In this document: positions 27,297 to 40,200 of the stretch, piece by piece | How the letters are laid out: each line of letters opens with the position of its first letter | Numbering within the stretch: position 1 is the stretch's first letter | Assembly: GCA_000934665.2 (NCBI GenBank) | Contig: JYFJ02000811.1 | Span: 1-64,000 of the forward strand | Direction: 5' to 3' | Source: Catajapyx aquilonaris | Lineage: Eukaryota | Length of the DNA: 64,000 nucleotides | The notes under the pieces: generated by a model | What the model saw: only the letters and a program-made list of their open reading frames with translations | Told to the model about the DNA's origin: nothing | Databases searched by the model: none | Program-made: the position numbers and the translations under genes

Positions 27297-27673
27297 CTGT
27301 AATAGTCCTCCTTGCAGTAAATGTTTCCCTCCCTGGCGAAGCACGTGAGTTCAGAGTCGAGAGGCAGCTTGCACTCGCAGCATTTGAGGCAGGCGCTGTG
27401 CCACTGTCTGTCCACTGCCAGCAGGTAGTACCGGTCCACGATCTTCCCACCGCACCCGGCGCACACTGCAGCAGACTCCGCCGTACCCACACCGACACCA
27501 CCACCGATACCGGTCTCGTGATGGGCCGACGGGGGTTGCACCGTCCCCATGCCACCCATCATCACAGGGGGTCCGGCACTCGCCCCGGGTCCTGCCCCTG
27601 GCACCACCACCCCGGGCCCGGGCCCAGTCCCTCCGCTGCTGCCATTGCAGTCCGACTCGCGTTCCTTCAACAT
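27297..27673 (-). CDS. ap: apterous-B-like LIM-homeobox gene, coding exon 1: Gly/Pro-rich N-terminus plus LIM domain 1
   Basis: ATG at 27673 gives MLKERESDC...CAGCGGKIVDRYYLLAVDRQWHSACLKCCECKLPLDSELTCFAREGNIYCKEDYY, with canonical LIM zinc-ligand spacing. Donor AG|gtacat after 27297 (phase 2). Upstream acceptor ttgcag|ATACG opens an exon at 27747. The A/B paralog label is inferred from homeodomain residues. Confidence 0.93.
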
Positions 27674-30600
27674 CACCGCGAATCACTCACTCCTCATGTC
27701 CTCAACCGATGGCCTTGTCCGAAACACTCCCATGTCGCTCAACGTATCTGCAATTGGCACAGAAACACCTTGTTAGCAACACCTGCTTCCAACCACAACT
27801 GCCGAACAACAACGACACCCGTATGGACCCAAAAGTCGTCTGTTTTAGAAATATATATCCACAAAATTAGTCTCCAATTAATTATAGAAATAAATTACTT
27901 TATGCGCAGCATATATGCATTATACGAGCGTGTTTGTGTTGTTACGATGGCATATTTAGGGAGAATTGTGTGTGGCATGGCCTGTATCACATCAGTCCAG
28001 GGTGAATAATGTGCGTTACTATTATCTCCTACGCTACTTTTACCAAAGCATTAATGGTATCGCGGCGGATCTGTCCAGTGAGTTATAGCCAAATTAAATT
28101 GACCCAAGCCTGCGCGACACGCCGGTCAAAAACGGATTGTCCGGTGCACCATTTTTGGCTCAGTAAATGAGTGAAATAATGTGTTTATTTTATAGCACAT
28201 GTAATATAATCGGTGAATTTGAACTGGATTTATTAACAAATGCAAATAGGTTCCTTGCCATTTAGAAAAAATAGCAAAATGAAGCTGATTCTTCTCTGCT
28301 GCTATTATTGTACCTGAACGATTAATTTTTAGAACCAGATCTGCCATTTAGATTTGAGCATAAAACAAAAATGCAGTTTCTCGGCAAAAAATAATATTGG
28401 ACACAATATTACAGTTGCACTAACTATCATTTTTATACAGGCATGAATTCCTTTATGTCCTGCAGAAGCTGCAGCTCATGAGAGATATAACTCGCAAGTA
28501 TTCCTTGAAGTGAACAGAGGGACTTCCTACACAAACAATGCTCTGTTACACGCTCGTGAAATTGCAGGCCTAACACAAGTTTGCGTGTTGGGAACAAGCA
28601 TATACCTTGCAGGCCATACATGTATACAACGTGATAACACGAGTAAAGTACACAAATGTAGAGTATGATGGTAGTAACCACAGAGAAGGAGATGCTTGAG
28701 TTATGGACCAACCTGTGACTCCTGCAGGATGATGCAAAACATTCCCAGCTCCAGAATACATTGCCACATAAATTCTGCCGTTGATTGTTGTCTGGGACAT
28801 GATTTACAATTTCATAAAACTGGTACTTTATAGGCATTCCAATGCTGAAAGTTGAACATTTCTCGAGTGACACTGCAGCATGCACGAGTATAGCTACATG
28901 TTTCCAGCAGAAATGTGGTCCAGATACTGATAGCTTCATTTGGACCTGGTGCTGAGCATGATTATAGGCATTGAGGCGGAAAAATGAATTAAATCATTTT
29001 GCAAATCTGATTGGATCTGTGCAATAAATTGCTTTGGACAAACTCGTGAGAATAACTGAAACGACGGCTAGGTAATGATAACACGTCGCACAGTAATTGA
29101 ATTTTATGTTTGTAACACCATAGTACAACAGTTATATACAGTGTACGCATATATAGTCTGATTTTTACTTTGTTTAGAAATCACGCACACACGTCCCAAG
29201 AGACATGGCAAGTCGCTGTAATTATCAGCATACTTACCATATCGTTAACTGTTTTCAAGGAAGCGAAATGAAGTAATCAATTCGGAAAGGTTGATGTCTG
29301 CTGTCCAATTATGTATACAAAAGAAAAAGAGGTCATTAACAACAAGGGTAGACCTATAGAGCAGCCACTTTATTATACTGCTCCTGTAATTGCTGCATGA
29401 TGGAGGAGACATCTAATTTTTTGTGTATGGGTATTACCACATAGGTTTTTCAACACCAGCTTCACAACTCTTTATTATAACATACCCCTCGTTTTTACAG
29501 CCCTTTTAGGAATATTTTATGCAGAGCCCGACAGCTACCTTTGAGCATCGAGTGTCTTGACTTGTATATCAGTGTCGTCATTTTTAATGAACCGTTTTAT
29601 AAAACTATTTCAAGAATAATTCAGTGTAATTGAGGACTTCACTGAGACTTTAAACGGTACGTAACTCTGACTATATAATATACCCTGCTGTTGAAACTTT
29701 GGATTGCCAGGTAGGATTATAATACACGTTGCATTTGTAATTTTAAGTCGGTCGTACACCTTATACAAACACTTGTTTCATCAACTGCCATGTATGGTAT
29801 AAAAAACACTCAGGGTTTATTCCAAAGGTTTTAGCTGTGCATTATACTCAATTATATTAATTAGTATAATTATGTTTCGTGCTCAGTGTGGCAATCGACC
29901 CCTTGCTATGGCTTTATCGCAAAAGAATATGTCATAAACTGTGACACTAACGAGTGTGTCAATTGGGACAGTGATGCAGAACAACGTGTATTTGATTATT
30001 ACACTGTAAATTCGTAGAAAATGCGCAGTATGTTGTATATGTAGGTCCCTTCTTTACACATGTACTGTACGCTTACAAGAATTAAGTAAAATAGATCTTA
30101 TTGAGAAAACACATACAAAAAATAAGTAAGCAAAGTGTAAAAAAAGAAGTGTTATGAAGTAACTTGTACTGTGCAGTATTGACTTACATATAACACCAAT
30201 TTTCATTGTAGATATTAAATTATGACTCGAGTTTTTTCATTGTCACTCCTGATAAATTGCGCTATGTACTGTAAATAAAAAGCCTACTTTTACAGGATGT
30301 ATAAAAACACCCCTTTAAAATGATTACTAATCCAAACATGATGGACACCCAAGGCTATTCCTTGACCTAACCCAATACCAAAGTATCATCTGGGAGGCGT
30401 CATTATGACATGCAGCGGAAATTAAGTGTCTCCCAAGCAGGTGAATTTGAGGGCATGTCCTGCTGGTAATGCCTTCAAATAATTGCCCTAGCAAAGTGAT
30501 GTAAACGCACCCGGATACACATGAGGATGTCACCAGAGCTTAATTGCACGTCTCAATTACAATGACGCCTCCAAGCCAAAAATTATGTGCTATATCGCTC

Positions 30601-33600
30601 AAAAACAGAGACGATTTTGCATCTGACTCGAGTGCATCCTGCACTTGAATCAAATGCAAAATCATCTCTTATGTTTTTGAGCGATATATTGTACAGCATG
30701 TCGCTTATGCAGAAGTTACTGACCACCCAGCACATGCACATCGAAGCTTGTATCTGTTTCAACATGTAATCTCGAATTTGTATGCCGATATTGATTAACC
30801 AAAATGTAATGCATATCGCCTGCAATTATTTTGTGTTCAGCACGTATTCTACTCCACAGCACTCCCGTGGTATCAAATTTCCAAGGGCAGTATTATGCAT
30901 CGTACGAGCACATTTTATCTACTTAATTTAATTCAACTAATTGGCAATACAAGAAATTGCATCCACTTCAATCGCGAAAACATGTGCACAAATAGCGTTT
31001 CAGTAGAACATTTTTAGATATCTATCAGCAGAGGCTTTTTGATCTCAGGACTAACAGTAAGGTGTGGGTACAAGGGGGCACATAGATAATTCTGTGTGTC
31101 CAATTCCATCATGGACCATCCGGTGTATCGGAAGGGTAAAACGCCGGTTGGCTTGACGGCCAGATCGCGCTCACGCCCCGGCCAAACCCCCTCCGTGGGA
31201 CCCCCGAACCTGACGATGCCGGCCGGTGCTTTTTGCAATAATAAACAGTGACGAGCAGGTGAACACCGCAGCGCCTGGATGGGATCAGGTTTCCCCCCAA
31301 CCCAAAGGGATCCGACCCCATTGTTTCCACTCGGTTTTACTGCCACCTCTTTGCCTATATAGTGCCCGGCAGCGTAGCACAAAAAAGGTCAAAAATTTAG
31401 AGAGAGAGAGAGGCTGGCTGTGGCTGTGGCGTATTGTACAGTGCATAAGTGTTAATGTAACGTAGGCACGTACAATGTGATCCAGCCCTGAATGCCGATC
31501 CCCTCGGCTCAACAATAGAGAGAGGGGTTGGGCGGGGGGGAAAGCAGGCCACAAATCTCCGGTTTCAAAATACCCGGGCACAAGCGACCAATTGTCCCCG
31601 TGTCCAGATACTGACACGGACCAAAAAACGATACGAAACTAATCCCCTGGAATCGCGTGGAAGGTAATCCTACCCGAGTTTGCGTGAGTCACATCCCCTA
31701 ATAGGTGCCTGTAGAATCATTTTTTTTGAGGGAGGTTGCTTTAAAATTTTACACCGGCTCAAATATAAGCTAAACCTTAAAATTTTGTATTTTTTTAAAA
31801 AAATGCGGAGGTTTATAACCGGCAATAAGTGTTATGCAACCTTCTTTTGGAAAAGGGGGATCCGTCTAATGGGTTCTATAAAATACCGCAGGCGCCAGAC
31901 AAGACTGGGGTGTAATCATCTTCGTCACTCTTGGCCTGTTGGTTTTTTTAAAGGCCTAAAATGGGCTTAAATGGATCATTCGTGGAAAATAGGTGGGCAT
32001 TAAGTTTTTTTCAAAAAAGAACTTGTCGAGAGTTTTAATATCAGCAATCTCTGGACCTCTCGTTATGGGTATTTAGGTGTATTGTATTGTGTATATTTTT
32101 GAACAGTACCAGAGTCTGAGCAAGGCCTATTAATTAAATATTCCTGCACAGTTGATGAAAGAACTGCGAATGTGGGTTACAAGAGAGATGGGATTTCCAT
32201 AATGAATTCGTTATCGAGAATATTTTAGGTCGTACAAGTTTATAAAGACGGAATGTCTTGTGAATAACTTAGCAGGTGTAACGAGGAGGTTGTTGTGTTG
32301 TCAGCAGACAAAACCTGACTTGCTTGTAGAAGTGTGCTCCGGTGAGTAATTACTTTATGAACGGTTCTGTTTGATATATAATAAATTATTGCGCGCCCCA
32401 ACTTTACTGCAGCATCCCGTCGAGCGATTGTCATAATAACAAGAGCAATCGAGACCCACGCTGTAATGATTGAGTCATAAAACTGGATATCTAACAACTG
32501 GAATGGAATCATTTCATATTCCCTGCCTCAAGTCTTTGCATTCAAACAAATCAAAAGGTTAGCATTGTTCTCCAATGAATAATAATCGCCTCAGGAGTAC
32601 TGTAAACTGATGTCTTTAGAGTCAGTGGTACAGGTCTAACTGAATGGATAACCTGCAAAATAATTGAATATATCTCGATTGAACAAGCGTCAAAGAGAGT
32701 GGTTGGAGTGTGAAGATAACATTTTTTAAAAACTATTTGAGTGACACATGTATGTTTTTATATGACCTGAAAAGTCATGCCATCACTGCTGTGCACGACT
32801 TTCTATGCCTATTATCTACAGGAATTAATTGGCGCCATTTTCATATTTCACATCCAACCATTTGCAGGATGGAGTTGCGCGTTGTTCTATTGATGGGGGA
32901 ATTTAATTAATAATCCCTGGCCATCAATATTAGCACGTGCTGCGTGTGCAAGAGCCTATTTCTATATTTGAGCAAAACATCCTTCCCAGTTACGCTCCCT
33001 AAATTATTTAGGGTGGATTTCTGCTTAATTGTTGGAGTCGACACTTCGTCAAAGCACATGCTCCTCTTGAGTGGAAATTCCCTTTCGAGCGATTCCATTC
33101 ATATGGCAATTTTTTCCTCAATTTGAGCACATTACTGAAATCATTGTAATATTAATACTCCATTATCAGAATATATTGCATTATTAAGTTTGCTGAAAGA
33201 GAGCTTCTCACCTGAAAGTGTATAGTTAGAGTGTTGTTTCTAAGTGAAAACAAACGAGGGGAAAACTGGCCATATATTAGGGAATTTTGACACTCATACT
33301 GCTTGGAAACACCTTGGTCTGTAATTTATTTTTCTCTTCACAGGCATTACCTGCAATTGGAATAATTGCACTATCAATTTCTGTAGTAAATATTAAAATC
33401 CATTCTCGAGAAGCCCGCGCGTACAGTTTCCGCATGCTGCACACAGAAAAAACTAATGGTATAGCAAAATAATTACCACGCGATGGCAAAATAAAAACAA
33501 TCTGAAAAATGTTTCTTTCGATATTAACTGAATTAGCACACAATTATTCGTGTGTCGACAGTACCAGATTAGGCCTAGTCCTGTCCCGCTCTATTTCGAC

Positions 33601-33748
33601 AACAACACCAATCTAGACCCGGTCCCGCAGTGTAGCCAACCTGCAGTCACAAATTGGCCATGGACATATTGGCACCACTTTGTGTAGTGGACCCGGCCCA
33701 GTTTCTCCTTCCCCGTGTGAAAGTACATATCAATCAAAACGTACTCAC

Positions 33749-34020
33749 ATGTGGGAGGCGCCTGGGTCAGCGTGAGAAGGTGTGTCCTAGCCGAGGGCAC
33801 TCTTCCTCGGCTGTGGGACCATTGTCTGCTGGTGGCACCGTGGTCGTGGGTCCGACGCCCGCAGCGTCGTCGTCCATGTTGGAAAAGTGGATATCGTCCG
33901 TTGACGGGGGGGCAGAGGCTGAAGCAGTACGCACACGCGGCGGATCGGGGGATTTTGTCATCGGGCGCCAGCCACATGGGGAAGGAAGAAGAGGAGAGAG
34001 ATGCCGCCGCGCCGTGGTGC
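33749..34020 (-). other. Putative 5' leader exon of the apterous-B-like gene (upstream boundary approximate)
   Basis: GC/CpG-rich island ending in a consensus donor CACAT|gtgagtac after 33749. It could join the otherwise orphan acceptor at 27747 (intron 27748-33748). It lies just downstream of a promoter-motif cluster. No transcript evidence. Confidence 0.5.
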
Positions 34021-34025
34021 AGCAA

Positions 34026-34223
34026 GGGCGGGGGATACGGGCGGGGACACGGGGGATCGTCTGCTGCCCGTCGCTGCTGCCACCAATCAGCATCCCGGAG
34101 TGCAGGCGGGCGGGGCTGTCCCATTGGCGGATTTCAACCCCCTCCATCCACCCCCGTGCCCGGCTACCCTCCACACACACACACACGTCCCCTACGCTAC
34201 GCCACCGCGGCTCTGGTGACGTC
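34026..34223 (-). promoter_or_regulatory. Putative proximal promoter of the apterous-B-like gene (GC boxes, CCAAT boxes, CRE-like site)
   Basis: GGGCGGGG at 34026, 34039 and 34108; CCAATCAG at 34083; ATTGG at 34123; TGACGTC at 34217. All lie in a CpG-rich patch set in AT-rich DNA. Confidence 0.5.
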
Positions 34224-37200
34224 GCGCTCAGGAAGATGGGAACTCGATCATTCCAGTCCGATGCACGCGGACGGTGTGGACATGCCTTGCATCCACTGGC
34301 ACACCGAGGGATTCTCCATTCAAACACTAGGCATCGCAAACTTATACTCAAATCGAAATATTATGGGTCTACTACTTAACTACATTATGCAATGTATTCA
34401 AGTGCCCATTTTAGTTCGAGTTTCATACAGTGTCAACAGTTTCAACGTATTATCGGTATATTGCACTGTAATATTAATTCGGATTTGAATTGCAATTAAT
34501 TTGCGACAAAATTTATAAATTCAGACTGGCCTGTTTTAATGTCTGTTAAATGTTGAACTTACTTTATTTTGCGTACAAGTGCTTTTAAAATACAGTATAT
34601 GCCAACTCCACTTATGTGGGCAGACAATTGTGATAAACTCCTGAGAGTGAGAGCAGCTATTAAAATAACTGCTTTAATGACTATAGTATATAGTCAGTTT
34701 ATGAAGAAATTTACTCACTGCAATAGACACCTAACTCTACTTTTCCTCCACACAACCTGCTTTACTTTTAAACACTTACTGTTAGAGCTTAGAGGTGATC
34801 AAAAATATCAGATTACTTGGACCCACATTTAGCTACATTTATAGACTACTCTTAGGGCTGGGACTACATGTTGCAGAATAATACATGATAATCCTTTTTC
34901 CCTCTTTTATTATTTTACTATAGTAACGGACCCATTGCCAAATTTTGCCAACACTGCTTCCCCCCCCNCCCCCCCCCCCCCCCCCACCCTGGACCTAGTA
35001 CGATAGGCCACTGCCAGTTGGCGCATAGGCTCCCCCTCTGCACACTCCTGCCACTCTCAGGGAGAAAGTAGTACTTCGTGCAAGTTGGTGATGAGTCACT
35101 GCTCGAACAAAGTCCACCAGGACGCTATACTACTTTCCTCGTTCAAGACATATAGTGAAAGATACGGTAACTACTACATAATTATAGGCTATGAGTCAAC
35201 TTCTCTGTAGGGTGTGGTGTCCCACATGTCAATTCTGTATAATTATGATTCATTATTACGTAGGTCTGCTTTTATTTATTTATTTATTTATTTATTTTGC
35301 GAATTTATATGGTTGACATTTTTATGCATGCAAATTATTAAATCCCGGCAACCTGCCACCCCGTGTGTTTATTGTCCAACTTCCGCCGCACTTCCGCTGC
35401 AATCTTTTGGTGCTGCAACTCATCACATTGGTGCGATGTTCGCAGCCTCGCCCTCTTGGTGTTTTTTTTGTGTGTGGTGTCGAGGGGCCGGAGGGGTCTT
35501 CGTAAAAAAAAGGGCAGGTCACTCTCGTATATGAAGTGGCGTGACCATCCGAGCACCTCGGAGAATGTAGTCCTACTGCATGGCCACTACCGAAAAAGAT
35601 GCGTATTTTTCTTGACCCTTGGCATGCCGTGGCTCGTGAGAACCTTTTTTCGGACCTGTGTGCGCGGGTCCCCGTGAATGATTTGTTCGCCTATTTTGCC
35701 CTTTGACCCAGCCCGATCCATCATGCTGCCCACCCCACCCCCCCTCCCTTTCCCCCTTTTTTGGCGAGGGTACACTAGTATATGGCCTGAGCACACAATT
35801 ATTTATGTTACAAGATATGGACGATGTTCACCGCGATTTGCTGCCGTTTTTTTGTGTGTGTGAGCATGGGTAATATATCGCAGCACTTGTTTGCAAAAAT
35901 GGGAGGGGGAACAAGTGGAGGAATAAGCCAGATCTGTAGATAGCGTGGCCTGTTAGCTATATATCGACGTCAATAACATGCATTAGTAATAAGTGCATTA
36001 CTATATGTACATTGTAATAGTTTATGCTATTTGTTTATGAAAATGTCATTATTTTCACAAGCAACGGTCAGTCAATTTTAGTGCATGGTATCATTGAAAT
36101 AAAAAACAATGATTATTTCTACTCGCCTTAAATAGACATTTCAAATTTTTTAAATGATAAAAGTGACATTCAAACTCTGATTTTCACATATCAGAGGAAA
36201 GATAGTGCTCGAACAGGGAGAAAAAGGCTCCTGATAAGATATAGCAAGCACTATCTCATATCAGGACATTTTCTCCCCTCTCAGACCAGTAAAAAAAATA
36301 ACTTTCACCTTATCATCTAATGTCATTAAAACAAAGTTTCACTAATAAGTACGGCCAAACCAATCCTGTCGTATTGAGTCCTGCATAACAAACATGGTTG
36401 CACTAATAAATTTCTTATTATTGCGCAGACGAACGACAGCTGGAATTTTCCATTACGAACATTTCCATCTGGATACTTCCTATGTGATATCTCTCTCTCC
36501 CTCCAATAATGTATATTGTTGGGGCGTTTTAAAAAAAAGTTGATAACTGCGGATTGTTGACCCTTAAAAGACCTCACGTTTCGTCCCCTTTTGTTCTCTC
36601 GCCGCACGTGTTTGACAAGTTGCACAATTCCATGGGTCCTATCGGTGGTCCCCACAGAGCATAAAGTAACCCAAGGAGGCATTTCTTCTTGACAGCTTAT
36701 TTGGTATCTCCAAACGCATGGTGGAACCCAAGAAATAAGTTTTCCCAACCCATCATTCCCCCCCTTCGCAGCACCCAAATTTCCACTCAGACCTGTCCTG
36801 AATATTGAGGACTGCTTTTCGAATTTTGTAAGTTCACTCAATCGCAGCAGGTGCAATGTATATACAAAGGTGTAATTAATACCTTGGTAGTTCGGAATCG
36901 GACAGGATCTGCACAAATGCTAAGGAATGGTGGGAGAAACTCTTTCTTTGAGAACATGTCCACCGGAACCCCGCCAGGAATGTGGAACCATAGATTTTAT
37001 AGGAAAAGACAATGATATCTCATGGAGGCATAATTTATGCTGGCAATGCTGGTGCGAAATCCGCAGGAAGTACGCTATACAATATGGTGAGAACAGATTT
37101 AAATGTTTAAAAAGGGGGTTCACACGGGCTGTCGTTGTGTCTTTTGGAATGTGCTGCTGAATTATACTGCTGCACAGAACTGTTTCACACTGCGTACTTG

Positions 37201-40200
37201 TCATGTACGTATCGGTACCTTATAAAGCGTATGGCACTTGTGCGGTACAATTTTGTACAGTACGGTACACATCTCATGATTGTGTCTCATAATATTATTT
37301 TTATAGCAGTTGAATAAGTTGTGTACGTCGTAGAACAGTGTTATGATGCACGTTCCTACATGCATGAAAACTAGAGTGTTTGGCGCACGTGCCGGATGAG
37401 TTGCGTGCACTGCATACCCGTGTGTTGCAGCACGCATTGTCGATGCGTTTCTAATTCTAATGTTGTTTACGAGGGCCAGGCAGAGAGCGAGGGGAAGTAT
37501 GGTACTGTGCCGGCGTATATAAAAACCTGCTCAGACCTCCGGTTTCCTTTGCCCAGAGCCCGACACCTGCGGAATTTTATTGAGTCGTAAGTTCAGGCCT
37601 TGAGATGAGCGGCCGATAAGAAAGTGGAAGGCGGGCTGCGTTGATAACTTTGTGGCGGAAGCGGACCCAAAAAGAAGAAGAAGAAGAAGAAGGGGGTAGA
37701 GAGGAGAAGGAGGTATACACCATCATGGTTTCTGCTGCTGCCTCATCACCCCACAGCACCCACTTGGACTTTGCGGATTCATTTTTACTGTGCTGTAAAA
37801 CTACGGCTTTTATCGCCCGTCTGGCGCTCCTCCCCCTATGCACACTACGACCTTCAGTGCTATGTCCGGTTACACCAACCCTTTCAACTGTCGGTTAATT
37901 GGTGTTATTTAATCGGTTGGTTAGGTTAATCAGCCGGTTACCAGGTGGGAAGGTGCCAACTGGACACCGTTTTGTTGGTATTAAACAGTGTCACTGTCAG
38001 CGGGGTTTTTTTTATATTAAATTTAATCATATGAGTGTTCTCTAACCAACAGTCGGAACCAGCCTTTAGGCTAATATTTTGGTGTGAGAGAGGCTCTGTT
38101 TTACCTTCTTTTAAGGTAAAAAGAGAGGCACATGATTTTATTTAGAAAGGTTTTTGTTCATAGTGTACCGTATAATTATACTGTATTGTGAATAATTATT
38201 ATCTGAAATTTTATTACGATATAAATCAGGGACGTAGCTCTATAGGATCTTAGTCTGGGAGGGAAGAGCAAAATTTACCAATAATTTATTTAAATACAAA
38301 AATTTAAATTTTTATACGAACACCACTAATTTTTATTATTTCACATTTGATGTGTTACATTATTTTATTAAATTTCTATAGTTTCCCTAAATGTAGTAGG
38401 AGAAATGGGTATGGTATATAAATTTACTTCTTGTTCCCATAATTACACAATTACCTAACACTGTAGCAGCCCACTAGGTATTTACTATTTTTTACATTCT
38501 ACAGATAAAATAAATAAAAGTGTAAGTACATCCGATTACGCCGATATACAGAGGTAACCAGGGGAAGGAAACCCAAATAAAATGGTTTTATTACTTCCTC
38601 CGCCTGGGGGGGAAGGAGGGTAAATGATAAAATATTTTGTGGTGTTGTGGGAATGGTGGGAGGGAGGGGGGCATAGAACAAACAAAAAATTGAGGTTGTG
38701 GAATTAATTAGTCCTGCCTAGAAGCAGATCTCTATATTAATAGCAAAAAACTGTGGTAGAGGGAAGCGCTTTACGAGCGGATATATTTCAAATTTCTGGC
38801 ATGACCCAACCTGTTTCGCGAAAAAAAACCAACCTCCTGGGCCAGTATTTGTCAGAATTTGCAATTTGTAACGTGTTTTTTTGCTGACTGTATACGCTTC
38901 CTGCACACTCTTGGTTCGACGTATTTTTTAAGGTTAGAAATTGATCCGGTAGACATGTTTGTTGTGTTTCTTAACTTCATTTTTTTTTGCGTATCACTGC
39001 TCTCATATATGCATCGCCGTAAGTGGAAAATAATGTTTGTGTCAGGTCAGTTTCGTAATAGTGCCCACTGGCGACATGTTAAGTTTTATTTATTGCTCAA
39101 ACTCCATCTGTATACTATTGATATTTTTTTTTACATTATTTACTTCACACAACTGGATTGGGCATTACCCTATATGTAAATGAAGTACTTGCTGTTAATG
39201 TTGAGCTTATACATACACCAGTTGCTCAAAATCATTCTGGAGACATTTTAACGATGTGCGTAACCTTTTCTGAACACCGCAAACGACATGCAATGTGCGT
39301 TACCTAATTCTGGTTATTGAAATTGATAGTCTTTGCCACGACTTTTCTTTTTCTGCATGGAAGGTCGAATTGCCATTCTCAGGAAACCAAGTGGTGAATT
39401 TACATCCAAGAGCAATTTGGGATGCATGCTCCGTTCGAGACCCGCTCATATAAACACACACGTGAGGTGAATCGCTAATAGCCATCAGTAATTTCCAGGG
39501 ACTGTATATGCATTTTGACATGAGTTTGACCCGATTATTACATACTATATGTGTTGAAACACTTCTGGAAAAATAATGCCAATGGGTGACAATGTCGGCC
39601 TTGCGCTTGAACAAAGCGCAGTTGAATCGAGAGAATGAGTTAAATTATAGTTCAGTGGAGTTGTGAATATTTTCCTCGCAGGGGGGCACAACACGTGCGC
39701 ACAATAGCCAAGTGGACAACCAGCAAACCCACAGTCACTTTTTACGCGCAAGATAGTGTTATTCGAACGTGCCACAGCTAAGGAACAAATTGCTTGCCTT
39801 TTCCGCCATGAATCTTCCTCACGAAGGAGTATTTTGTCCACATCAGTCGTGAGGCGGAGAAGAATACAATGTGGCGGCCATCTTGAGGATCCGCGGATTT
39901 TCTGCTTCTGGCGAGTTAATTTCAGGCGTCCTCTTCTTGCTCCAAGTATGAAGCCTTATGATCTGCCGGATAATTTGAGGACGGGGGAGTGGGGGAAAGG
40001 GTGGACAGGGAGATAAATGACAGGGTTGGGGAAGATGGGGGGGGGGGGGGGACCAAGGGTTGCACAGTCCTCAACTCTTTCACGTGTCCTTACTCAGCGG
40101 ATCTGCTGGCGCCGGATTTTCTCGCCTGAAATTTTTTAAACTTTTCATGAATGCACCCTCAGGTCGTAAATATTTACCGACTTCAAATTTAAACCATCAC

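Noticed and set aside
27254..28009. 251-aa plus-strand ORF and other antisense ORFs over ap exons (e.g. 8511-8969, 18732-19031)
   Set aside because: Shadows of GC-rich coding exons on the opposite strand, with no recognisable domains.
28433..29800. 168-aa minus-strand ORF and nearby AT-rich stretches that might be decayed retroelement coding sequence
   Set aside because: No reverse transcriptase, endonuclease or transposase motif could be read; a translated search against Dfam/Repbase is needed.
33591..34488. Several overlapping 177-245-aa ORFs on both strands
   Set aside because: Explained by stop-codon depletion in a GC-rich island; no domain similarity. Better read as promoter/leader.
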